Assembly: GCA_964407845.1 (NCBI GenBank)
Contig: CAYOXF010000104.1
Location: 250-64,249 of the forward strand
Direction: 5' to 3'
DNA: 64,000 nucleotides
Source of the DNA: an uncultured Acidobacteriaceae bacterium
Lineage (GTDB): Bacteria > Acidobacteriota > Terriglobia > Acidiferrales > UBA7541
The position numbers were made by a program, and so were the translations under genes. Positions 20,133 to 33,742 of the stretch are shown piece by piece. The number at the start of each line of letters is the position of its first letter. Position 1 is the stretch's first letter. Under the pieces are notes generated by a model, which worked only from the letters and a program-made list of their open reading frames with translations, made no database searches and had not been told where the DNA came from.

Positions 20133-21698
20133 TCAGAGCACCGCGGCGGGGCGTGCTCGGATCGCATAAAAATGAAACGCCGCCACAAACGCGGCGGCTG
20201 CAAGATAACTCCAGGCAAAGGATGGAGCCGCGAAAAAGCCGATCACCGTTTCGACGCCACGATCGGTGATGCGGAACGCGTGGATGAAACCGGTGAAGGA
20301 AAGGGCGGCTGCCCCCGCCAGCCAGGCAGCGGCTCGGAGGAGGCGGCGGTCGAGCAGATAGGCAATCACGGCAGCCCAGATCATCGAAATCAGCAATGCC
20401 CCCTGGCCGAGCGCAATCAGTCCGTACACATACAGCTGATCGCCAAAATGGGGCGAGGCTTCCAGGAAGCCCGAACCAGCGGTGCGCAGCGCGATGTCGA
20501 TCAAGCCCACCACCCATGCCGCGATCATCGGGATTAGTCCGAAGCCCACGGCGATCGCGTGGGACTTGGGAATCTCCGTGAATGCCTGAGCGACCATGAC
20601 CAGCCCGAACCAGACCACGACCATGGCGACTACTTCCAGGGGAACCACACGCAGGAGCGGAACCACAAGTCCCGTAAGGCAGACAAGCATCGTGGTTGCC
20701 CCGCTCAAAATCGAGTAGCCGGCCCGAGCGCCCAGTTCTTTGTGGACCATATGCCCGAAATAGAGCGCCGTGGGAAAGGGACTCCCGAACAAGGACGCGA
20801 CGAGCGTGGCCATTCCATTCGTGAGCAGAGATGGCGTTGTTGGGTAATCTTCGCCTGCAACCTGCACACTTTCGAGAACCTGCAGCGAGACCAGCGTGTC
20901 GAGTACGCTCATCGGAACGATGACGGAGAGAAATTTCCATCCTTCGGCGTGTATCAAGAAATCGTACAGGTTCACAGGGCGGGGAAAATGGATCCCGATG
21001 GCCATGGATGCTGCTGCAGCGGGGTGATACACACCTGCCCCGCGCAGCAGAGCAGCCAGCGCGGCTCCCACTGCGATGCAGGCCAAACTACCAGGAATTC
21101 GGAAAGGCAAGCGAACCCGCGAAGCAAAAACAGTCAGGATGACGACGGTTGGCAGCAGTCCGAGTGCCGGCGTCTGAAAGACGCGGAGGATAAAATCCAG
21201 ACATAGAAACGCCATGGCCGTACCTGCCAGTGGGCACAGCAAGGCGGCGCGAGGCGTGTGTCGGCGCAACCAGTCCGTACAAAATGCGCCGGCTGTTTGC
21301 ACAACGCCGCTCAAAAACGAGGCAAAAATGCCGGCTTTCCATGCGAGGTCGGGATCGTGGGTTCGCTCGTAAACCGGCTGCATGATCAGCGCCACATATA
21401 CGAAAATCGTAGGAGCGTTGACGCCGAACGGAATCGCGGTCACGTCGCTTCGGCCCGTTTTCTCTGCAAGGCGGCGTGCCTGCCAGGCATAGAAGATATT
21501 TCCGGCAAGGATGGAGAGCGCCACGCCGGGCAGAATGCGCGTTGTAACCAGCTCTGCGGAAAAGCCACACAAAGGGGCAAGCCCAGCGATAAGCAGCAGG
21601 TCAGGAAAGCCGCTGAAAAACAGCGCGGCGAACCCATCCCAATCGCCGGGAACAAACCAGGGAGGGGAGGTCTTCGTAGCGGAGATTGTCTGGGGCAT
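20133..21698 (-). CDS. Polytopic membrane transporter, NCS2/xanthine-uracil permease-like
   Basis: The ORF is about 520-537 aa and hydrophobic throughout, with at least 10 predicted TM segments. The family call is from memory. ATG 21698 avoids the 40-nt overlap with the upstream Rieske gene that the 21746 start would create. Confidence 0.5.
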   Translation of the reverse strand: MPQTISATKTSPPWFVPGDWDGFAALFFSGFPDLLLIAGLAPLCGFSAELVTTRILPGVALSILAGNIFYAWQARRLAEKTGRSDVTAIPFGVNAPTIFVYVALIMQPVYERTHDPDLAWKAGIFASFLSGVVQTAGAFCTDWLRRHTPRAALLCPLAGTAMAFLCLDFILRVFQTPALGLLPTVVILTVFASRVRLPFRIPGSLACIAVGAALAALLRGAGVYHPAAAASMAIGIHFPRPVNLYDFLIHAEGWKFLSVIVPMSVLDTLVSLQVLESVQVAGEDYPTTPSLLTNGMATLVASLFGSPFPTALYFGHMVHKELGARAGYSILSGATTMLVCLTGLVVPLLRVVPLEVVAMVVVWFGLVMVAQAFTEIPKSHAIAVGFGLIPMIAAWVVGLIDIALRTAGSGFLEASPHFGDQLYVYGLIALGQGALLISMIWAAVIAYLLDRRLLRAAAWLAGAAALSFTGFIHAFRITDRGVETVIGFFAAPSFAWSYLAAAAFVAAFHFYAIRARPAAVL

Positions 21699-21706
21699 CG
21701 GCCGGT

Positions 21707-22675
21707 TCAAGCCGTACCGTACCGTAGGCCAATTTTTTTGAGCCATTTTCGGTAGGCAAGGGCGGCGCGGTCCGAGCGCAGGTGTAATTCGGCCTGTAAG
21801 TCGAGAGGAAGTAATTCGGGCCGTTGCCCTTCGACCACGGGAATGTCCTGGTTACTGACCTCGTCCTGAAATCGGCGAAGCTCGTCGGCGGGCGTGTCGT
21901 GCGCATAGTTGAGCGCCAGGATCAGCCAGGCGAGACTTTCGGCATCGCCGGCCGGAGTGACACAGGCTAGCATCGAGAAGCGATGGGCCGCCTGCACTTT
22001 CGTGAATCGCAGCGAGAGCGGACGCAAAACATGATAGGTGTAAAAAACGCTGGCCGGCTTGCCCGTGCCATCCGGGTCGGGCTGCCAGACGGGAATGTCC
22101 TTCGCTATGATCTCGTCGCCTGAGACATCCACTTCGTAATCGCCGATGCGAGCCTTCGCCGGGTCCCCGAGATAACCTGCATGGACAAATGGAAAATGAG
22201 CCACGTCCAGAAGATTCTCCATGACCCGCGGGCCGTGAGCCCGATAGAGGTACGGGCCCGTAAAAACCTTTCGAAACGAAGTATCGTCCCATTCTGGAAA
22301 CAGGGGAAGACTCCGCTTCGGATTTCCGAGGCAAGCCCAAACCAAGCCGTAGGCTTCAGTTGCGCAATACATGGTCACCGAGGCGCGGGCCGGTGGCGGC
22401 TGATCGGGATGGGCAGGGATGAGGACGCAACGACCCGCGGAGTCGTATTCCCAACCGTGATATGGGCACGCGAGGCAGTTGTTCTGAACGCGCCCTGCTG
22501 ACAGCCGCGATCCCCGATGGACGCACAGGTCCTTCCAGACGTGGACGCCGTCTTGGTTGCGCCAAACGACCAGCCTTTCTTCCAACAGGCGCGTGGACAC
22601 CGGGCTTTTGTCGGTGATCTCCGATGACCATGCGACCGCATGCCAATCGTCTCGTAGCACGGGGTCATCAATCAT
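21707..22675 (-). CDS. Rieske [2Fe-2S] non-heme iron oxygenase (PaO/VanA-like alpha subunit)
   Basis: Rieske motif CVHRGSRL...CPYHGWEY and a mononuclear iron motif ENLLDVAHFPFVHAG. Confidence 0.85.
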   Translation of the reverse strand: MIDDPVLRDDWHAVAWSSEITDKSPVSTRLLEERLVVWRNQDGVHVWKDLCVHRGSRLSAGRVQNNCLACPYHGWEYDSAGRCVLIPAHPDQPPPARASVTMYCATEAYGLVWACLGNPKRSLPLFPEWDDTSFRKVFTGPYLYRAHGPRVMENLLDVAHFPFVHAGYLGDPAKARIGDYEVDVSGDEIIAKDIPVWQPDPDGTGKPASVFYTYHVLRPLSLRFTKVQAAHRFSMLACVTPAGDAESLAWLILALNYAHDTPADELRRFQDEVSNQDIPVVEGQRPELLPLDLQAELHLRSDRAALAYRKWLKKIGLRYGTA

Positions 22676-22767
22676 GGGGAGGTTGAGAATAACACGAGAA
22701 CGGATGAGGCTCGAGACTCCCGCGATCGAACTCGCTTGGCTCTGAAATCCATTTTTTGAATGGGTGG

Positions 22768-23457
22768 TCAGTGGCTGGACGGCGGCTTTGGCGCAAGGAC
22801 CTTTTGCAGTGTGATGCCGGGAGCAAAATCGAGTGCGACTTCGAATCGGACCCAGGCGATCGTGTCCGGCGAGCCTTCCTTGCCCGGTGTAATGCGAGAG
22901 CGAAGGATGCGAAGCTGGCCGCTACCGAGGTTAACGCCGGCCGACTCGGCCTCGATCCGATTTTTTTCGTCTTCCGAGACTGTGCTGGGATAAAGCGCGG
23001 CGTTCACGACTTCGCTCGCAATGTGTTGGTCAGCGAGCGACTCGACGAAATAAAACGTCCGCTTGGAGGCCCCCACGGCCTCGCGTGCCGAATAGCCCGC
23101 CGCAGCGGCAAGATAGCGTTCGTTATAGGAGTGGTAGGGAGGCGTGGCAATTTCGACGAATTCGGCCACTTCGTCCGCCGGTTCGGCTGTAGGCCACATG
23201 CCGATGACCCAGCCGCCACCTTCATCCGAGGTCGCGGGGGTTAATCGAAAGACGAGACCATGTCCCACGTCGTGCTCATAGATTTGCCCACGTAAGACCT
23301 CGCCAGTGAAATGAACTCCAGAAGGATCCGAGGGCGCTGGCGCGGAGGGTGCAGTTCGAGGCGAATTCTCCTGGGAGCTGCCGCGGCCTGACGCGCTCAG
23401 AAGCGGGCTGAGCGCAAGACTGCATGCCAAAGCCCCCCTTAGGAAGCGATGAACCAT
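22768..23457 (-). CDS. Secreted hypothetical protein
   Basis: 229-aa ORF with a signal peptide (LACSLALSPLLSASG) and coding-like GC3. I recognise no family. Confidence 0.5.
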   Translation of the reverse strand: MVHRFLRGALACSLALSPLLSASGRGSSQENSPRTAPSAPAPSDPSGVHFTGEVLRGQIYEHDVGHGLVFRLTPATSDEGGGWVIGMWPTAEPADEVAEFVEIATPPYHSYNERYLAAAAGYSAREAVGASKRTFYFVESLADQHIASEVVNAALYPSTVSEDEKNRIEAESAGVNLGSGQLRILRSRITPGKEGSPDTIAWVRFEVALDFAPGITLQKVLAPKPPSSH

Positions 23458-23519
23458 TGCGGCTGGGATTTTACCAGCAGATCGGGGCGTTTCGACTTCC
23501 GATCGGCAACCGTTGTTTT

Positions 23520-26017
<2,498 letters not shown>

Positions 26018-26497
26018 AACAGTGTCCTCCGAAGGCGTGAAAGCGCTATGCGATCTGTCTCGCGCCCTTCTTAGAATGAGACCGAAACTCAAAACGCTAG
26101 CATACGCCCGCTCGCAAGGTCAATCGTCTGCACGGAAAGGTCTTAAACCCGCATTGAATGGGAAAAATCACGTAGGGAGCGGGGAAGCGCCCTGGCTCGA
26201 GGCAGGCGGCATGGTTTGAGAACACCGGAGGCTGACCAGACGATAGACCGCCTGCGTGGCCATCTGAGAAAGTCTGCAATCGATTCTTGCCCTCGGACAG
26301 AAGATAGATGGCCTTCGACCTTTGTTCGTTTTGCCTCAGGGTCGTTTGGATCCGCGACTGGCACAAGTGCACTGAAATCAAGGAATTGAATTGGTACGAA
26401 GGTACCATTGTAGGGTGAGGTGCCAGGGCCTATACCTAGCTGTGGGGTCGTTCTAGGAGCAGCGCTCCGCTTTCAGAAATTAGTTCCACCCAAGGTC

Positions 26498-29400
26498 ATG
26501 TCGAGCCGAATAGGCACGCTTGGTCCCAAGCAAAACGGCGCCTCTGGTCCCGTTCCTCGGTCGCACCAACCCGAGGAGGTGGCCGGTCCGAAGACCGGGG
26601 CACGTGCCGTGGACGCTGGTTTTGAACTGTTATTTTCAAGCAATCCCCTCCCGATGTATGTCTGTGACATTCACACCCTCGCATTTCTTGAGGCCAACGC
26701 TGCGGCGATCCGCTCCTACGGCTACTCCCGCGAGGAATTCCTCAGTATGCGAATTACCGACATTCGCCCGGCCGAGGACATACCCCGCCTACTAAAGGCT
26801 CTCGAATCGCAAGATGGGTCGCTCGCCAGTCGAGGGCTGTGGAGGCACAGGCGCAAGAACGGGGAGATCTTCCCGGTAGAGGTGACGTCGCAGCGGATCC
26901 AGTTTGCCGGGCACGATGCCGTACTCGGCGTCGCGCTCGACATCAGCGATCGCCAGGCCGCGGAAGAAAAGGTTGCCCGGCACACCGCTTACATTCAGGG
27001 ATTGAGTGAGAACAACCCCCTCGCCATCGTGGCCCTCGACCTGAAGCGCCGCGTGCAGATGTGCAATCCGGCTTTCGAGCGTCTGTTTGGTTACTCCTCG
27101 GCCGAGCTCCACGGGCGGGAGCTCGATTCGCTTCTTGCACCGTCGGATCGTCAAGGAGAGATGGTCGATCTTCTGGGCCGCGCGCTGGGCGGTGAGATCG
27201 TTCGCGCATCCAGCCAACGCCGTCGGCGAGACGGCTCATTGGTCGACGTCCGGATCATTGGTGTGCCGCTGGTTGTCAGTGGCAAGCTGGCCGGCGCTTT
27301 TGGGATGTATGAAGACATCACCGAGCAATGCCGGGCCGAAGAAGCCCAGCGGCGCGCCGAGAGGAAGTACGAACGGATGTTCAATGGTGCCGTCGAGGGG
27401 TTCTTCGAATCCACTCCGGAGGGGCGCTTCGTGACGGTCAATCCGGCGATGGCTCGTATTGCGGGCTATGCATCCCCCGACGAGATGATTCGCAGCATCA
27501 ACGACATTGGTAAGCAACTGTATGTTGACGGGGATGGGCGCAGAGAGGTCCTGCGGCGGCTCGAGCAGGAGGGCATCCTCGAAGGCTACGAGTGCCGGAT
27601 GCTCAAAAAGGACGGCAGCAAGCTTTGGGTCTCGTTGAATGTTCGCGCCCTGCGGGATGCGAGTGGCAAGATTGTCAGCCACGACGGAACCGCTGAAGAC
27701 ATCACCAGCCGCAAGCGTGCCGAGCTCGAGCGCCAGGTTACTACCGATATCGTCCGTGCGGTCAGTATCACGGACAATCTAGATGACCTATTGCGGCGCA
27801 TTCACTCGGCGCTTACCGAGGTCCTTGATGCGGACAACTGCTTTGTCGCCCTTCATGATCCGGCCACCGGCATGTTTCATTTCCCCCTATTCGTAGACAA
27901 ATTCGATCCCCCGCCTCCGCCGCAGCGGCTAGACCGAAGTTGCACGGCTTACGTTTTTCGCAGTGGTCGTGCGGCGAGCATCCCCCAAGAGGAGTTTACA
28001 AATTTAGCCAACAGCGGCGAAGTCGAGCTGGTGGGTACTCCCTCGGCCTCCTGGCTCGGCGTTCCTTTGCAGACTCCTTCAAGCACCATCGGTGTTTTGG
28101 TGGTCCAGAACTATCATCGCGAAAATGCCTACGATGAACGCGACCTTCAGTTTCTTTCCTCTGTCGGCGGGCAGATTGCGCTGGCCATCGAGCGCAAACG
28201 TGCCGAGGAGAGAGTCCGCGAAAGCGAGGCTCGTCTTCGGGTTCTCGTCGAACAGCTCCCGGCCGTCTTGTGGACGGTTGACAAAAACTTCCGCTTCACC
28301 TCTGCGCTGGGCTTGGGACTCGCCCAACTCGGACTCAAGCCAAACGAGATTGTGGGCATGTCGCTCACCGAGTATTTTGGGACCGAAGATCCTTCCTTCC
28401 AGCCGATCTCAGCCCATCGCCGCGCGATCGCCGGCGAACGCGTCGCCTTTTCCCTGGAATGGAAAGACAACTCATACGCCTGCCATGTGGAGCCGCTCAG
28501 AGATTCCGCGGGCCACGTGCAAGGCGCCATCTGCATGTCCCTGGATGTGACCGATCGCAAGAAACTGGAGGAACAGTTTCGCCAGGCGCAGAAGATGGAG
28601 GCGGTCGGGCGCCTCGCCGGCGGCATCGCCCACGATTTCAACAATCTGCTCATGGTGATTCAGGGATACGCTGATTTGCTCGCCGAACGCCTGCCTGCGG
28701 GCGAATCCCTGCGACGCAATGCCGAACAGATCCAGGCCGCCGCGCAACGAGCGGCGGCACTGACCCGCCAGCTCCTCGCTTTCAGCCGCAAGCAGATCTT
28801 GGCTCCCAAGGTCCTGAACGTAAATTCGGTCGTTGCCGAGATGGAAAAAATGCTTCGGCGCGTAATTGGCGAGGACATCCAGTTGCAGACTGTCTCCACG
28901 GCGGATCTCTGGCTTGTGAAAGCAGACCGAAGCCAGATCGAACAAGTCATCATGAATCTTGCCGTGAACGCCCGCGATGCCATGCCGCGCGGCGGCCGCC
29001 TTACGATTGAAACAGCTAATGTGGAATTCGACTCGGCCATGTCGAAGGCGGCTACAGCCATCGCCCCGGGCAAATATGTCATGCTCGCGGTCACCGATAA
29101 CGGCATCGGCATGGACGAAAAGACGAAAGCGCACATTTTCGAGCCCTTCTTCACAACCAAAGAAAAAGGGAAGGGTACAGGCCTCGGCCTCGCCACCGTC
29201 TACGGTGTCGTCAAACAGAGCGGAGGCTACGTTTGGGTCTACAGCGAGCCGGGGCATGGAACCACGTTTAAGATCTATCTCCCACAAATCGCGGAGGAGG
29301 CTCCGATTGCAGGCCAGGAGTCAGCGTTGGACTTCCGCCATACGTCCAAGGGCTCGGAGGTCATTCTCCTTGTGGAGGATGAGGCAGGCGTTCGGGAACT

Positions 29401-29731
29401 CGCGCGCGAGTACCTCGAGATGAGTCACTATACCGTGCTGGTTGCCGAAGATGGCCACACAGCGCTCGAACTCGCCGCCATGCACGCCGGTCCCATTCAT
29501 CTTCTGATGACCGATGTGGTGATGCCCGGAATCGGCGGTCGTGAGCTGGCGGAACGCATGACCCGGCTGCGCCCCGAGATTAAGGTTCTTTATATGTCGG
29601 GCTACACAGAGCAGGCCGTCAACCAGCAAGGTATTTTGGGAGACGATGCCGTTCTTCTTCAGAAGCCTTTCACCCTGACAGCTCTCGCTTCCAAGTTGAG
29701 CGAAATTCTCGCCACGCCAGTCGAGCGGTAG
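26498..29731 (+). CDS. Hybrid sensor histidine kinase (multiple PAS, GAF, HisKA, HATPase, C-terminal receiver)
   Basis: H-box GGIAHDFNNLL, N-box NLAVNARDAM, G-boxes DNGIGMD and GTGLGLA, and a receiver (ILLVEDE...LLMTDVVMP). PAS and GAF segments lie upstream. The start is ATG 26498 or GTG 26420. Confidence 0.9.
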   Translation: MSSRIGTLGPKQNGASGPVPRSHQPEEVAGPKTGARAVDAGFELLFSSNPLPMYVCDIHTLAFLEANAAAIRSYGYSREEFLSMRITDIRPAEDIPRLLKALESQDGSLASRGLWRHRRKNGEIFPVEVTSQRIQFAGHDAVLGVALDISDRQAAEEKVARHTAYIQGLSENNPLAIVALDLKRRVQMCNPAFERLFGYSSAELHGRELDSLLAPSDRQGEMVDLLGRALGGEIVRASSQRRRRDGSLVDVRIIGVPLVVSGKLAGAFGMYEDITEQCRAEEAQRRAERKYERMFNGAVEGFFESTPEGRFVTVNPAMARIAGYASPDEMIRSINDIGKQLYVDGDGRREVLRRLEQEGILEGYECRMLKKDGSKLWVSLNVRALRDASGKIVSHDGTAEDITSRKRAELERQVTTDIVRAVSITDNLDDLLRRIHSALTEVLDADNCFVALHDPATGMFHFPLFVDKFDPPPPPQRLDRSCTAYVFRSGRAASIPQEEFTNLANSGEVELVGTPSASWLGVPLQTPSSTIGVLVVQNYHRENAYDERDLQFLSSVGGQIALAIERKRAEERVRESEARLRVLVEQLPAVLWTVDKNFRFTSALGLGLAQLGLKPNEIVGMSLTEYFGTEDPSFQPISAHRRAIAGERVAFSLEWKDNSYACHVEPLRDSAGHVQGAICMSLDVTDRKKLEEQFRQAQKMEAVGRLAGGIAHDFNNLLMVIQGYADLLAERLPAGESLRRNAEQIQAAAQRAAALTRQLLAFSRKQILAPKVLNVNSVVAEMEKMLRRVIGEDIQLQTVSTADLWLVKADRSQIEQVIMNLAVNARDAMPRGGRLTIETANVEFDSAMSKAATAIAPGKYVMLAVTDNGIGMDEKTKAHIFEPFFTTKEKGKGTGLGLATVYGVVKQSGGYVWVYSEPGHGTTFKIYLPQIAEEAPIAGQESALDFRHTSKGSEVILLVEDEAGVRELAREYLEMSHYTVLVAEDGHTALELAAMHAGPIHLLMTDVVMPGIGGRELAERMTRLRPEIKVLYMSGYTEQAVNQQGILGDDAVLLQKPFTLTALASKLSEILATPVER

Positions 29732-29873
29732 TTTTTCCGGTTCGACTTCCGCTGGTCGCGCCCGCCTCGGTTAAACCGCCATCGCCACGGTCCGAGCCGC
29801 CGAATCGCTCGACGGTTATTCCGATCCTGTCCGGGATGTCGTAGAATCGCTTCCTGGCGCTCGTCGCGCCAGC

Positions 29874-31079
29874 GTGATGGCCCTGGCATCGGATCCCTCA
29901 CCTGAAAAACGGCTGCTTGTCTGTTGCGCGCACACGACTACGCAGGCCGTTCGAGAAGAGATTCGGCAGCTTGCCCGCTCGCCCATTGACTGGGATTTCC
30001 TGTTTCTGGAAGCCTCAAACCAAGCGATAACGCCTCTGCTGTGCCGTCAACTTTCCCTGGTGGCTTCCGACCTGCTTGATCCTGCGCGGCTGGCTCACCT
30101 GAAGGAGGCGAGCCGTGGCTTCGCCCTGCGCAATCTGGTCCTGAGCGCCGAGTTGGTCACGATCATGAATCGATTTCAGTCCGAGGGCCTCCAGGCGATG
30201 CCCTACAAAGGGCCCGTGCTAGCCGTACAGTTGTACGGTGACATGGCGCTGCGCGAGTTTGAGGACCTCGATATCATCCTGCGCCAGCAGGACATGGCCA
30301 GAGCAAACGACCTCATGATCGGCCTCGGGTACCGGCCCAAGTTCCCTGGGATTCTTTCGGCCGAAGCCGCCGCGTCGCTCGCCCCCGGTGAATACCATTA
30401 TCGCGACGAGTCGCGGCACTTGATGGTCGAGCTCCACACCGAGCGCACGCTTCGCCATTTTCCGGTGCCTGCCGACATTGATGACCTCGCGACGCGCCTC
30501 GTGGCGGTTTCCGTCGGCGGACACGACCTCAAGACATTCTCGCCCGAGGACACGTTCCTGCTCCTGTGCATCCATGGCTCGAAGCACTTCTGGGCCCAGC
30601 TATCGTGGATCGCCGACCTGGCCGCGTTTGTCGAGGCCTATCCTCAACTCGATTGGGACCAGGTTTTCCGCCGCGCTCAATCCATGCGCGCAAATCGCAT
30701 GGTTTCTGTCAGCTTGGCTCTCGCCCGTCGGCTTTTCAATTCTCCGCGCGAGGTCTTTAGCCATTTGCGCTCGGACTCGGTGGCAAGCTCCATCGCTTCG
30801 AAAATTGAGCATCGCCTTCTGGCGCGTTCCCCAGGCGAGCTGGGAGCCATTGCTCGCTTTCACCTTCGTCGGCACATGTTGGAAGGTCCCTGGGAGGGAT
30901 GGCGTTATTCACTGCGCTTGGCCACCCAGCCCTCCGATGACGATTGGTCCACCATGCCGCTGCCACCCCGTCTGACGCCTCTCTACGTGGCCCTGCGCCC
31001 ATTGCGCTTATTGGGCAAATATGGTGTTGGTGGCGCGTCGTCACGGGGATCGACGGCCAGCAAGAACGCATCCAATTAG
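29874..31079 (+). CDS. Uncharacterised nucleotidyltransferase-family protein (NTP_transf_5-like)
   Basis: 401 aa with KGPVLAVQLYGDMALREFEDLDIIL, typical of that family (from memory). No RiPP or lasso partners are adjacent. Confidence 0.55.
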   Translation: MMALASDPSPEKRLLVCCAHTTTQAVREEIRQLARSPIDWDFLFLEASNQAITPLLCRQLSLVASDLLDPARLAHLKEASRGFALRNLVLSAELVTIMNRFQSEGLQAMPYKGPVLAVQLYGDMALREFEDLDIILRQQDMARANDLMIGLGYRPKFPGILSAEAAASLAPGEYHYRDESRHLMVELHTERTLRHFPVPADIDDLATRLVAVSVGGHDLKTFSPEDTFLLLCIHGSKHFWAQLSWIADLAAFVEAYPQLDWDQVFRRAQSMRANRMVSVSLALARRLFNSPREVFSHLRSDSVASSIASKIEHRLLARSPGELGAIARFHLRRHMLEGPWEGWRYSLRLATQPSDDDWSTMPLPPRLTPLYVALRPLRLLGKYGVGGASSRGSTASKNASN

Positions 31080-31125
31080 GCCCGGCTCATGTAGCTCGCG
31101 GTGAGGCAAACCACGGGGGCGCACC

Positions 31126-31926
31126 ATGGACCTTGGACTTCGAGGCAAAGCGGTACTCGTCACCGGATCGAGCAAGGGAATCGGCCGCGCGATCGCGCTG
31201 GCTTTCGCGCGCGAAGGCTGCCAGGTTGCGATCAACGGCCGGCACGCCCCCGAGCTAGAAGCCGCTGCCGACCAAGTGCGCGCTCAAGGAGGTACGGTGC
31301 ACTCGGTCGTCGCCGACGTCACCGAAGCGGAAGGTGCTCGGCTCACCGTCGTCGAGACGGTTCGACGCTTCGGCTCGATCGACGTTCTTGTCAACAACGC
31401 TGGCGGTGTTGGCCGTTTTGCCGGCTTTGACGAGCTCACTGACGAAGACTGGCTCGATGTGTTCCGGTTGAACGTTCTATCGGCGGTCCGCGTGACCCGT
31501 GCCGCCCTTCCTTACATGCAAAAGCAGAAGTGGGGCCGCATCATTAACATTTCTTCCGAGTCCGGCACTCAACCCGACCCCATCATGCCTCATTACAACG
31601 CGTCGAAATCCGCCCTCAACAGCCTTACAAAAAGCCTGTCAAAGGCCTACGGCAAAGACGGAATACTCGTAAACACCGTCTCACCGGCCTTCGTTCGCAC
31701 GCCCTTGGTCGAAGAAATGCTTCAGCAGCAGGCGCGAACGCGAGGCGTTTCGGTCGATGAAGCGGAACAGATTCTTTTGCGCGAGTTTCGTCCGAATATC
31801 GTTCTGGGCCGTGCCGGCCGGTCGGAGGAAACCGCCGGGGTCGTTGTTTTTTTGGCGTCCGAGCAGGCCTCCTTCATCACCGGATCGAACTATCGCGTCG
31901 ACGGGGGTTCGGTCGCAAGCCTGTAA
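31126..31926 (+). CDS. SDR-family oxidoreductase
   Basis: Classical SDR motifs TGSSKGIGRAIA, NNAG and S...YNASK. Confidence 0.9.
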   Translation: MDLGLRGKAVLVTGSSKGIGRAIALAFAREGCQVAINGRHAPELEAAADQVRAQGGTVHSVVADVTEAEGARLTVVETVRRFGSIDVLVNNAGGVGRFAGFDELTDEDWLDVFRLNVLSAVRVTRAALPYMQKQKWGRIINISSESGTQPDPIMPHYNASKSALNSLTKSLSKAYGKDGILVNTVSPAFVRTPLVEEMLQQQARTRGVSVDEAEQILLREFRPNIVLGRAGRSEETAGVVVFLASEQASFITGSNYRVDGGSVASL

Positions 31927-32152
31927 TCGCGCCGTAACATGGGAAGTGTCGCTCGACTGGCCCTGGTGGAGTAAAATCGCGTTTGAGAGGTGAGTCGTGG
32001 GCCTAATCGAGATGGCGAGGAGTTGTCGACGCGATCGCAGCCCATGTCTTCTGCCGCGGGCGCGAAGCTGGCCCGCAAAGTCGCGATCGTAGCTGTAGGC
32101 TAACGAGTCGATGGCCTCTCGGCGATTTGAGGTCACGGGAAGGGCCTCACCA

Positions 32153-33742
32153 ATGAATTCGTTCGCGTCTCTCCAGTATCCGCTCGATGGTCAGGGCGTT
32201 CCAGCGGGCCCCTGCGCGATGGTCATTTTTGGCGCGGCGGGCGACCTCGCCAAGCGCATGCTCCTACCTGCGATCTACAACCTGGCGCGGAGCAAACTGC
32301 TGCCGGAGCAGTTCGCCATTGTCGGAGTCTCGATTGAGCCGTATTCCTCGGAGGAATTCCGGCAACGCGCAACTCAAAATATGCGCGAGTTCTCAGGGGG
32401 CTCGGTGGACCAAGAGGTCTGGGGATGGATCGTCAACCGCATGCAGTACGTCTCAGGCGATTTTCGCGACGCCGGCCTCTACGCTAAGTTGAAAGCAGTC
32501 CTCGACCAAGTGCAAAAGGATGAAGGTACAACGGGGAATTGCCTTTTCTACCTGGCCATCAGCCCGGAGTTTTTCCCGATCGTTATCCAGCATCTGGGTG
32601 CGGCCGATCTTGCCCGAGAAGATGCCCATACTTGGAGGCGCGTGGTCATTGAAAAACCCTTCGGGCACGACCTCCCTTCCGCCGTCGCGCTGAACCGTTC
32701 CGTCGGCGAGGTTTTCAAAGAGACGCAGACCTTCCGCATGGACCACTACCTTGGCAAAGAAACGGTTCAGAACCTTCTGGCTTTCCGCTTTGCCAACGGC
32801 ATCTTCGAGCCAGTTTGGAATCGTCGCTACGTCGATCATGTGCAGGTCACGGTCGCTGAGGAGTTGGGCGTCGAGCTGCGCGGTGGCTACTACGAAACGG
32901 CTGGTGCACTGCGCGACATGGTGCCGAACCACATTTTTCAACTCATTACGCTCACCGCGATGGAGCCGCCGATTTCTTTCGAGGCGCACGCCGTGCACGA
33001 CGAGCAGATCAAAGTTCTGCGCGCGATTCAAACATTCAGCCCGGAGCGGGTGTTGGACCACGCCGTTCGTGGACAATATGGCGAGGGAGTGATTCAGAGC
33101 AAGCACGTCGCTGCCTATCGCGCAGAGCCCCACGTTGCACCCGACTCCCAAACCCCGACCTACGTCGCGATGGCGTTGCAGCTTGACAGTTGGCGCTGGG
33201 CCGGCGTCCCGTTTTATCTCCGCACGGGCAAGCGCATGGCGCGGCGCGTCACGCAGATCGTGATCCGCTTTCGCCGCCCGCCGCTCGTTCTGTTTCGCAA
33301 GACGCCGGTCGACAGCATCACGCCGAACGAGCTCGTTATCAATATTCAGCCGGACGAGGGGATATCGTTGAACTTCGAAGCCAAGGTGCCCGGGCCTGTT
33401 GTACGCCTGGGTGCCGTGAACATGGATTTTCAGTACTCGGACTACTTTGGCACGACTCCTTCGACCGGCTACGAGACCTTGATCTATGACTGCATGATGG
33501 GAGATCCCACTTTGTTTCAGCGCGCCGACATGGTCGAAGCGGGTTGGTCCGTCGTGCAGCCAGTTCTTGACGTCTGGAAGGCTCTTCCGCCGCGCGATTT
33601 TCCCAACTACGCAGCGGGCACTTGGGGCCCGGTGCAAGCCGACGAGCTCCTCCACCGCGATGGCCGCGAATGGCGCGACCCAACCCGCAACCCTCCCCAT
33701 CACGCGGCCGCGTCGTCTTCGGCCGCGATGAGCAGGTCCTAG
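32153..33742 (+). CDS. zwf: Glucose-6-phosphate 1-dehydrogenase
   Basis: [15 protein letters not shown] dinucleotide motif and active-site [12 protein letters not shown] 32153 gives a canonical N-terminus. Confidence 0.95.
   Translation: MNSFASLQYPLDGQGVPAGPCAMVIFGAAGDLAKRMLLPAIYNLARSKLLPEQFAIVGVSIEPYSSEEFRQRATQNMREFSGGSVDQEVWGWIVNRMQYVSGDFRDAGLYAKLKAVLDQVQKDEGTTGNCLFYLAISPEFFPIVIQHLGAADLAREDAHTWRRVVIEKPFGHDLPSAVALNRSVGEVFKETQTFRMDHYLGKETVQNLLAFRFANGIFEPVWNRRYVDHVQVTVAEELGVELRGGYYETAGALRDMVPNHIFQLITLTAMEPPISFEAHAVHDEQIKVLRAIQTFSPERVLDHAVRGQYGEGVIQSKHVAAYRAEPHVAPDSQTPTYVAMALQLDSWRWAGVPFYLRTGKRMARRVTQIVIRFRRPPLVLFRKTPVDSITPNELVINIQPDEGISLNFEAKVPGPVVRLGAVNMDFQYSDYFGTTPSTGYETLIYDCMMGDPTLFQRADMVEAGWSVVQPVLDVWKALPPRDFPNYAAGTWGPVQADELLHRDGREWRDPTRNPPHHAAASSSAAMSRS

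Noticed and set aside
26018-26419. About 400-nt region upstream of metK-ahcY, examined for SAM-I, SAM-IV and SAH riboswitch cores
   Set aside because: I found none of the conserved cores on the minus strand (GAGGGA...GGCAACC...GGUGC for SAM-I/IV; GAGGAGCGCUGC...CAGGCUCG...CGGCGCUCAC for SAH). I saw only an 8-bp stem (GCAGGCGG/CCGCCTGC, about 26205-26258). The region is also the divergent promoter region for the histidine kinase. A cmsearch against all Rfam SAM/SAH models would settle it, so this remains unresolved rather than excluded.
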